The position numbers and the translations under genes are program-made. DNA of 60,073 bases, the filler included, from Sphacelaria rigidula (Eukaryota), in NCBI GenBank assembly GCA_964200075.2. It is 9 parts of 9 records of this genome, joined end to end, with 100 filler letters (N's around TTAATTAATTAA, not from the genome) between each part and the next. Parts side by side here need not be neighbours in the genome. Positions count along the whole stretch, not along the records: positions 46,803 to 53,388 come from CAXNAA020019207.1; positions 53,489 to 60,073 come from CAXNAA020019208.1; 7 more parts are not named here. One strand, 5' to 3'. Positions 50,707-60,073 of this stretch are shown piece by piece (positions within the stretch are counted from its first letter, which is position 1; every line of letters begins with the position of its first letter). The notes under the pieces are model-generated. The model was given only the letters and a program-made list of their open reading frames with translations, did not search any database and had not been told where the DNA came from.

Positions 50707-51843
50707 CGAGCTGGGCCGGCTGAGACGCGAATTTGTGGTTTGCAGACCCGGTCTCACCTCAATTTTGAGAGTCGGACTTTCGAACATGGTCCGGAGAATG
50801 AATAGGGCATGATAAAGCTACGTGGACCAGACGAAAAAATTGTTCATGCTTCGTGAGTAAATTGTAATAATCAGTACCACGGAGTTATAGAAATGCCGTC
50901 AAATCAATAAAACAAAAAAAAGTCTTACTCGTACCGTCCCGTCGACGTGGCTTTATTATGCCCTTTTCATTATTCGTACCAAAATTGAAGTCCAACTCTC
51001 AAAATTGAGGTGAGACGGGGCGATTTAGAAAACTGGCCGGGCGAAGTTCGGAACAATATTTCCCCGGACATTTACCGGCCCAGGCCATAATGAACCAAGC
51101 AAAGGGGGAAACGTTGATTTTTTTTCCCCCACTTGTTTGGGACGGTTTAGTATAGTCAGGACCATAGTTTCACGAGAACGACCACACCTCTCGAAAAACA
51201 AAAAATTAAACGCCCATTTTTTTTCTTTCCGGCATGCCTTTGCGATTTTCCGTTTTGTGTTTTAAATCTCAGCTCTGCAAATTGAGCTGGAAAACTGAGA
51301 TAAGGTCTGAGAGCATCGTCCATTTCCCCTTGAAACTCTACTAAGAACACGAAATTTGCTCGGTTTTCTTCAGATCATGTACTAGCGATTTTTCATACGA
51401 AATTTCAAAGCACAATTCTCAAGAATTGAGACGCGATATCCAGATTGAGTGCATTTAATGCCTCTGCTCGAAATACATGCATTTTAGTATGGAACCTAAT
51501 GTGCGCCATATCTCGAGATAGATGACGAATTAGGCGAAGCTGAGAGTATCGATCGTTTCCCCGTGCTCCAGGAAATGTCCACACCAAAAATCGTCATCAT
51601 CCGCAGCGTATATTGTTCGGGTTTTCATGTGAACTTCAGTATGGACGCAATCTCCGTACGATATAGGAATCACTAGACATGGCGTTAATCAACGAAAAAA
51701 AAAATTGCCCAAACTTTTGAGCAGATGGGCACCTTCCTCTTGATCAGACGATAAATACGATATGCGGATCACGGCCCAACTCGTCTGTGTCGATGAGATA
51801 TTGCTTTGAGCGCCCAAGTGCGCGTCCAGGCCGGCCCAGTCTG
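50707..51843. mobile_element. ~1.1-kb member of the CGAGCTGGGCC TIR family
   Basis: TA|cgagctgggccggc...gccggcccagtctg|TA, with an internal inverted repeat at ~50750-51017. Confidence 0.7.
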
Positions 51844-52039
51844 TAAATAAATCATTTTTCATGTTAGTGATACAGTTGCATACTTGGGTCCCACTTTTCC
51901 AACAAGTCAAAGATCGACAGCAAAACGTGTACACACATCACCATCGCATCCCAGCCCGACGATCAATTACTTGAACCATGCCACATTGCAACCTGCAACC
52001 GCGTCCCACCCCAATAATTGGTTAATGCGAAAATAATTA

Positions 52040-52370
52040 GCCCGTCGCCCCCGTGGCTCGGTTGGTATCCTCGAAACGTTCTGACGGTTGGGTCGTGGGT
52101 TCGAATCTTGGTGCAGTCACGCAATGCGGGCTCGTTCCCCACACCATGCCTAGCAATGGAAAGCGACAATGTCGTGGGTACACAAAATTCGACTTCACAG
52201 CCGACGGGGGAAAGGGACTCTCGCGATAAAAAAGAAGGCAAACACCGCAGAAGGGACGTGGAGTACTATAAAAAAATAAAATGAAGGACTTATGTGTAGG
52301 CCTTGCTCCTGTGTGACCCGGCTGATGTGCCCACATATACGGAAAGGTCTAGACTGGCACCCATAGCTGG
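52040..52370 (+). mobile_element. Copy of the tRNA-derived SINE
   Basis: gtcgcccccgtggctcggttggtatcctcgaaacgttctgacggttgggtcgtgggttcgaatc plus the same body as 11581-11967. Confidence 0.75.
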
Positions 52371-53849
52371 AATGGTACTATAACATGACACACATGATTT
52401 GATTGGGTGATTAATTGATTGCCGCACTTTCACTGAGCTCCCAGGGGTCCGTCGTGGTCATGAAAAAACCTGCCATTAACCAATTGATTGCTCCCACAGG
52501 AAATGAGGTGGGGAACAATACATGTGCACTCATACACACAGACGAGACTTCAAAGTGCTGTAGGCTATGGTTTGTTTCAAAGCTCACGCAAACGTGCGGC
52601 TATACTCTCTGCGTGCGGTACTCCGCGAGATAGATTCCCGTTTGCGGATTGTGCGGTACGCACAAGGATGACGGAGTGCCAACGCTACCGCCAATGAGGG
52701 ATAAGGTGCTATCCCTAGTGCCTTTTCGATCGTATCACATTGCCTTTACTCTCCACCTCTTGCATCATACACACGCATAATATCTGAGTTTGTTCCTTGT
52801 ACAATCTCCTCGCCCGCAGCGACACGGGCTAGGTATTTCCCTCGATTACTCATTGTCGCAATTATTACCCGTTCTAGACCTGCCTTGGCATTTTTTTTCG
52901 TATATTCCTCTCCTTGCCTTTTCCAGCCTGGTCCGGTGAGAACCCGGTGTGCTCTGCCCCGGCTTTGTAGGGGCGGACTCCCTACGGGCGGACTCCCTAC
53001 GGGGTTGGCGTCGGTTGGCGATAACGCTGTATAGCACGCCACTCACTGCGTAAGCTAGGCAAGCAGGTTACCGATTTTTTGCGCGCTTGTGTTTCTTTTC
53101 GCGCTTGCGTTTTTTTTTCGGGAACCATGACGGTGATCGAGCTAGATCATTTTGTGCGGGGTGGGAAAACCTCAACTCCGCGCAAAGGGATGATCGTACA
53201 ACGTATTGTTTGAATGGCGCGACACACAGGAGGCAGTGCGTAAGCCGTGGCTGTCTCTGGAAGTGGTGATACCAGAAGCAACTATCAAAAGCTGTCATTC
53301 AAATGCAGGATAATCAGTACGCTTTGGGCCGGACAATCTCAGCAGGATGTAGCTCACCCTTCATGCGACTCGCCGAACACACCACGGCNNNNNNNNNNNN
53401 NNNNNNNNNNNNNNNNNNNNNNNNNNNNNNNNTTAATTAATTAANNNNNNNNNNNNNNNNNNNNNNNNNNNNNNNNNNNNNNNNNNNNTACGTGGGATGA
53501 GAAGTAACCCAGCTACCGCGCGGGCGTGGTACGAAGTAGATTGATAGTAGATATCACAGATACTCCGTACTAGCCAAGTTGCTGCCTCTTTCCTTGGGCC
53601 GCTGCCGTCAGCCAGAATAAATTGAAATCGGAAGTGCCCTGGGCACAAGGCAATCTATATTGTCAGAGGTTTACAGAACGATGTGCGGCGGTCAACAGAT
53701 TTTAAACTATATGCCTTTCCGATTTTGATGGTTGTGTCCGGTAGGGTCGGGTATGTTCAGTAGAGTATGCCGTTTTTTAGGGAAATTACAAAACGTTTGG
53801 GTACCGGTATGGAAGTCTTACAGATCTTATTTACAGAACCGATTCCGTT

Positions 53850-54830
53850 GTAGATGTTAACGTCGAAGTCGTTGGTCTCGTCGTGCTGTTGATCATTATC
53901 ACAATTGTCGGTCTTCAGGATGTCCGGTGTACAAGAATCTTGGTCACTGTAGGAAGCTCCGACTGCTTGTTCGATGAAAGTGACGTTCCGAGACCTAGAT
54001 ATCTTCCCCGAGTAGCGGTCGTAGATACGGTAAGATGGGCTATCTGAATCATATCCTACCAACACTCCTTCCCGAGCTTTTTCTTCTAATCTACTCGGAT
54101 TACGCTCCTTAACCGTCCTCGAACCGATGGTTCGCAAAAATCACGGTTTCGGTTGCTCGAGGAGCATCAGATGGTATTGGGTGTCTCCATCGATGCGTGT
54201 GTGCGGCAAGCGGTTGATCAAAAAGACCGCAGTTGCCGCAATTTCCCCCAAAAGAATCTTCGGTAGAATCGCTTCTTTAAGGAGACAGCGTGCAATATTT
54301 AGGATAGCCCTTCCGTCTCGCTCGGAAATGCCATTTTGTTGAGGTGTGTAGGGGGCTGGAAATTCTTGGAGAATACCCGTTATTTTGCAATACCTTCTGA
54401 AGTGGTATGCAATATGTTCGCCACCGCAGTCTGACGGTAGGCGATGGACGCGGAGCCCTAGAGGGATAGCTATATCTTGGATGAACCGGCAGAGCGTGGA
54501 TAGGGATCGTTCTTTATTTCGACGAAGTAAACGACCTTGAATCGCGTTTAGTAATCCGTAAATTTCGACATGTAACGATAGCTCCCCAGTGCAGTAGGTG
54601 AACTGGGTCCTGACAGGTCAGTGCTGGCCAGTTGCAGTCGCTCCGAAATATTAGCATAGTTGACGGTTTTGGGATGATCCTGCTGCACATTCATACTATT
54701 TTCGCAGGTTTCACAAAGTAGCAGCGACCCATTCAAACCCCACACCTGATTGGGGGATATTCCGTAGACATCCTATGCCCTGTTCCGTGGGATGTCCGAA
54801 TCGCTTGTGCCATAGTTCGGCTCCCACCGT
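53850..54830 (-). pseudogene. Decayed Ty1/copia integrase region
   Basis: Motifs: HKRFGHP, C..C, STDLSGP...GSYRYMSKFTDY*, TPQQNGISER, KAREGVLVGYDSDSPSYRIY...SRNVTFIE. Broken by stops and frameshifts. Confidence 0.9.
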
Positions 54831-55249
54831 GGTAGATAAGGCCGTTGAATCTTCAGCCATGTCTCGGGATGTTTGTGCCCCACCGTCTCTTGTAAATTTT
54901 CATTGCGAAATGCTGGTTGGACGTCAAGGACTAAAATGGGTCAATCTTTGGCAGTGACAATTGCCAGTAGCAGTCGCTGGCTTTCTAGCCGGCAAACGGG
55001 AGCAAATGTATGACTGGTCAGCACTGACCTGTCAGGACCTATTACACTTACTGTACTGGGGGGCTATGAAGGTATCCTGATCTCGAAAAGGGCGAACACA
55101 TTAACTGGTCATGAAAATATTCGGCGTCCAAAATCTACTCCAAATTCCAAATTCACCCACCTAAACCAGAGTAGTAGGTGTTTAAGTGTTTTTGAGATAA
55201 GACGAACATAATCGCTCGGGGGGAGGGGGGGGGGGGGGATTCTCATGAT

Positions 55250-55745
55250 CTCGCATGCCGTAGTCATATGACCCTTGACCTCGTACCCCACATAGCCCGG
55301 ACGGAGCACGCCGGGTTTTCGCCAGACCAAGCTCACAATCAATCACCCAGCGCAGAGCGTCGTGGTGTGTTCGGCGAGTCGCATAAAGAGTTAGCTACAT
55401 CCTGCTGAGGTTGTTCAGCTCGAAGCGTACTGATTATCTTGCATATGGATGGCAGTCTCCATTGAGTCGCTTCATTTCCTGGCGTCGCCATTTCGAGAGA
55501 CAGCCACGGGTTCCACCTTTTCTCATGGGTGTCTCATCATTCCAACACTGCGCAGTACGATCGTATGATCATGCCCTTTGCGCGCAATCGAGGTTCTCCC
55601 ATCCCGCACAATATAATCTAGCTCGACCACCATCCTGGCTACCCCAAAACTCGCTAGCGCAATAAAAACGGTAACCTGGTTGACTAGGGTACGCAAAGAG
55701 TGGCGTGTTCTACAGCGCCGTCACCAACCGACGCCAACTCCATGA
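55250..55745. repeat. ~500-bp dispersed repeat family
   Basis: Homologous to 58745-59235 (same strand), 26820-27095 (partial) and 52925-53388 (inverted). Its terminal ~80-bp module also occurs alone at ~1178, ~27545 and ~34443. Confidence 0.75.
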
Positions 55746-58519
55746 GAGTGAGGGGGGGAAAGTGCTGGCCAAAGTTCATACCAAGTCTCAACTGAGCTCC
55801 CTACAGCGAAGTAGAGGTGTGTGGCTATCTTGATTCCGAAGGAACACCAATTATATTCGATGACGACAACGGAAGTCTAGCCTTAGCCGCCTACACCGCA
55901 GTGTATATCTGTCTTGATTTCTCAGAAAAGGTAATACAGGTATATAGGTATTCACTCGCCGGAAAAAAACGCTGGCCCATATCCACACCAAAAACCCGAA
56001 CCATCGCAGCCTGCACCGAAGCAGGACCGTCGTAGGTGTGTAGCTGTCTTGATGTCAAGAAAAGATCCCCTATCTTGACCGCGGCTGTGAAATTATTTGC
56101 TGGTCAAAATCGACACTGAACCAAAACCTTGGTTGCCTAGAGCGACTTAGGCGCATAGGTGCCTTGACTTGGAGATAAGACAAAGGTATCGCTTCCGCAA
56201 AATCTACACCAAATCCTGATGTCAGTCACCTCCACCAATGTAGGCGTTGTAGGTATCTTGATTCCGACATGAAACTGATTTCACTGGCCGGAACAATATT
56301 CGCCGGGTGGAATCCACTCCAAACCTCAGCCTCAGACGCCCAGACTGAAGGAGGTGTGAAGGTATCTTGACTAGGTGTCATGATTCAAGAAGGAATATAA
56401 TACTCGCTGGCCGGGAAAACATTCCCTGGCTTGAAAAAATATTCGATGGCTCAAATCCACTCAAAAACTTCATCCTTAGCCGTCTCGGCCGAGGTACAGG
56501 AGTGTAGATGCCTCGAATGCGACTACTGCGTGGGCTCGACGATCTTGGACACCCTCGCGAGCAAATATCCCGCGGTGCGAGGAGATTGTGGTAGTGCTGG
56601 GACAAGGAAATGGAGAAAAGGCGGGAGCTTCTCGCGCGACAAAAGTAATGAACGTCTAGTTTCCATAGTGCTGTCGTAGTATAGGCCATGACCCAGCATG
56701 TATTCGCGTTCCAGTGTTTGTATGCCGAATCTGAAATATCATGGAACATGACACAAGATGGTATGTATGTGCCGTGGAGTATATGCAATGCTCATCATAT
56801 TATTCGTTCCGAAATATTTCTGCGATTCATGGCACGCTTCCCCCCTCCCCCCCCCTTCATCGTTGCTCGGTCTCAAAAGGGATGCGTGGTCAATGGTCAA
56901 ACAACCGAGGCAAACCACAAATGAGTCGCCCCCCCCGCCCCCCTCCCTGCATCGTCTACATGCCCACCCAACGTGTGTATCTATCGCTAGAAAGAGAGCG
57001 GGACCAAGCAACGCACCCGAAAAATCAGCCCGACCCCGCCTTAAGCCCCGCCGAGAAACTTCCACGATTTCAAGCCTCAACAGGCACGCAAAATGTACAG
57101 CTCATCCAGTAGAGGGGGAGCCCCGTATCATCATCTACTTTAACGTTCTGCCTATGCATATACTTGGTGTGTATGTATGCCTGTCTCTCCTAGAGATACG
57201 AGCGCGGCCGCTCTTGAATTGCCCATCCCGGGAACCCGAGGACCGCTCCTCGGAGAAAATTCTTTTCACGTCTTTCGCTCACCGTCTATCGTTCGTCCCA
57301 TGTAAGAGTGTCATTCTCCAAGAAAAAGTCCCCTCGTTCCGATCGTTCCAAAAAACATCCCCCGAGAATATTCTCCTCCCAATAGCTTCGAATCACTTCG
57401 ACAGAAAAAATGCATGCGTCGACTTCTATCCGCGATTGGACGACAAAACACCGCACAGGAGGGGATGAAGATAAAAATATAAAATGCGGGCGAGAAGACG
57501 AGCAGAACGCGGACACACACACGACTGACGAGAAAAGAGCCACAAGCGCTCAACAAAAAACGTCATCACCCAAAAGCAGCACCCATGGAAGATGACATTC
57601 CTTCACTCACCATCATCAGCCACGACTCTCGAACAAGACAACATCTACGACATAACAGCTCAAAACTGTATCCCCCCTCCAAAAAAAAAGGAAAACATAG
57701 TCGTTGGTATTTTTGTTGTTCTACCACGACAAGAACAAACGTTTCCTTTTCTGCTCCTTCTCGTCCCCGTACGCCCGTCGTCGGTGTGAAGAAAAATGAC
57801 CCGAGTCAAAAACCGGCTTTGCACTTCCTTCCAAAACCAAGATTCTCAGCAGTGGTTTTACTGGTCTTCAGTCGCTTGTCTCGCTGAAAGCTTGAGTTCT
57901 TACCTTTATTCCCCACTGGTGCATGCGATGAACACAACTCCACGACCACGACGAACTTTGCAGATGTATACATCATATATATACACGAATATGTGGTATA
58001 ACGGGTAGGCACGAGACCTCCGAACCGATTGACATGAGGCCATTATATTCTTCCACAACGTGTGCTTGGCACCACAAATCGTTCACAACCCCCCCGGAAC
58101 GGAAGCAACCGTTCTCGAACTAACCAAACTAACCAACCAACCGGACGGATCCTCGGACGACTTGTTCGGCTGTCATACATGTCGCAACAATCTCCTCCCT
58201 CCATCGCCATGCTGCACTATTCATTGCGTGCGTATGACCCTGCTGTGCTGGCCGTAGACTGGATACATGTTGCGTCAACACTTTCTCCATGTTGCGGACA
58301 TGTAATAATATAATATACGAGTACACATGCACAGTAAATGTCTATCGCTGTCCCCTTACACATACCACAAGGGCCGCCGTGCAACGTAGCCTGTAGATTC
58401 TTTGTTTTCCTTCATGATGATTTTGTTTTTCATCTTTTTCTCAGGAGAAAAGAGACTTGACTAATCATCCACTTGATGCGTTGATATTCTGCTGCTGCTG
58501 CTTCTACGTCTGCCGATGT

Positions 58520-58634
58520 TTAGATGTTGGTAGACTGGGGGATGTTATCGGGGAGCAGTGTAGTGTAGCGGAAGTTGAGAGCCTTCTTGGTCGACTTTCC
58601 GCGGCCGCTCCAGATAGCTATCATTTGCGCGTTC
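58520..58634 (-). CDS. LOX: Terminal exon of a lipoxygenase
   Basis: gacag|(x)NAQMIAIWSGRGKSTKKALNFRYTTLLPDNIPQSTNI-TAA. Y..LLP..IP.S.NI-stop with a terminal Ile is the conserved lipoxygenase C-terminus. Not in the ORF track. Confidence 0.85.
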
Positions 58635-59580
58635 CTGTCGTTTCATCATCATTGTTTTGTTCATGGAGGAGCAACGTACGAAATGAAACAGTCAAGGGCG
58701 GCGTAGGAGAGGGAAAGGGAAGGGGGGGGGGGGTACTCATGATGTTTCATGCCGTGGCCATATAACTCTTGATCCCGCATCCCTACAAAGCCGGGACGGA
58801 GCACGCCGGTTTTCGCTGGACCAGGCTCGCAATCATTCACCAATGGTGAAGCGCCGTGATATGTTCGGCGGGTCGTACGAAGGGTGATCTGCATCCTGCT
58901 AAGATGGTTCGGCCCTAAGCATACTGATTATCTTCCATGTAAATAGCCTCGAATTAGTTGCTTCATTTTCTGGTATTGCCACTTCCAGAAACAGCCACGA
59001 GTTACACTCTGCCTCACGGGTATCTCACCATTTCAAAAATGCATAATACAACCATACCCCTTGCGCGGAGTTGAGGTTCTCCACCCTGCACAATGTAATC
59101 TAGCTCGACCACCATCATAGCTACCGCAAGAAAAAAAACGCAAGCGCGCAATACACAATACGGTAACCTGTTTGCCAAGCGTGCGCAGTTAGAGGCGTGA
59201 TTGACAGCGTCGTTGCTAACCGACGCCAACTCAAAATGGTCGGAGGCGGAGGGAGGGGTACTCCTGGGAGTGGGATATTGAAAAAAGGCCGATTTTTAGG
59301 GGTGACAAGCGACAAAGAAAAACCTACTCTTAGAGAAAGGGGACGGACGGCGAGCAACAGTGAATAAACATGTAAGGGAAAGGATACATGATCGTGTATA
59401 TACAGTTGAAGCTAGTGCACCACGACACCACACGGGCGACTCAAGATGACGAAACAGTCGAGCGCTCCCCTCATGACGTGGTTGATCACCGGTACTGCCA
59501 GATCATGCCAACCCACAATGGATCGCTGTGCGCCATACCGTTGTACTACGGCAATTCATTTGAATGTACGCTGCAACGGA

Positions 59581-59910
59581 TCGGGCTAGGGATAAAATGA
59601 CGAAGGAAGGAAGTTGATTGCACTATGCGGGTGGGTCATGGCTACACTACTTCCATTTACTTGAAAGTATTCTGCAGCGGGTCGGGCTACGGATGAAATG
59701 GCAAGGAAGGAAGTTGATTGCACTATGCGGGTGGGTCATGGCTACACTACTTCCGTTCACTTGAAAATATGCTGCAGCGGGTCGGGCTACGGATGAAATG
59801 ACAAGGAAGGGAGTTGACTGCACTATGGGTGAATCATGACTACACTACTACCGTTCACTTGCTGGATCATGACTACACTACTGCCATTCACTTGCTGGAT
59901 CATGACTACA
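59581..59910. repeat. 100-bp tandem repeat grading into a 33-bp tandem repeat
   Basis: aaggaaggaagttgattgcactatg starts at ~59603, ~59703 and ~59803. Then (g)atcatgactacactact...cacttgctg units follow. Confidence 0.85.
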
Positions 59911-60073
59911 CTTGTATTCAGTAAAACCATCCCTCATTTTGTCGTCCTTACTTTACACAGGTTCAGCCACTCTGCAACCCCCCCCCCCCCCCCCCCCCCC
60001 CCCCGGGGCGCTAACTCCCCCGGCCACGCCCCACACTGACACACCCACCCACCCCTTCCCGACTTCTCCTTGC

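Noticed and set aside
56758..57468. 236-aa ORF
   Set aside because: It runs through a dispersed repeat and poly-C tracts and has no recognisable motif.
6892..58634. A lipid/oxylipin gene cluster (PES-like gene plus LOX)
   Set aside because: The two genes are on different, artificially joined contigs.
58457..58765. 102-aa plus-strand ORF (DVGRLGDVIGEQ...)
   Set aside because: It is antisense to the lipoxygenase exon, which has the conserved motif and proper splice and stop signals.

Overview
This window is eukaryotic, repeat-rich nuclear DNA, most likely from a brown alga (Phaeophyceae). That assignment is inferred from the long GT-AG introns, the gene types and the TE content. It is not one locus: nine contigs of 6586 bp (the last 6585 bp) are joined by identical 100-bp spacers (44 N + TTAATTAATTAA + 44 N), so nothing can be concluded across the spacers. 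By hand-splicing I find partial intron-containing genes for a phytyl-ester-synthase-like hydrolase/acyltransferase (5 exons, +), AP-1 gamma-adaptin (4 exons, -), a probable DENN-domain protein with a long disordered tail (3 exons, -), a mercaptopyruvate/thiosulfate sulfurtransferase (1 exon, -) and the last exon of a lipoxygenase that the ORF track misses (-). There is one intact tRNA-Pro(CGG). The remainder is Ty1/copia remnants, a decayed LINE, a tRNA-derived SINE family, several MITE/foldback families and tandem repeats. Most of the ORFs in the track are spurious. I see no convincing new multi-gene system. The best leads are the hidden lipoxygenase exon, the PES-like enzyme, the atypical tRNA-Pro with decaying 3' copies, a TIR family with ~11-12 bp target duplications, and a possible decayed AEP primase-like ORF.
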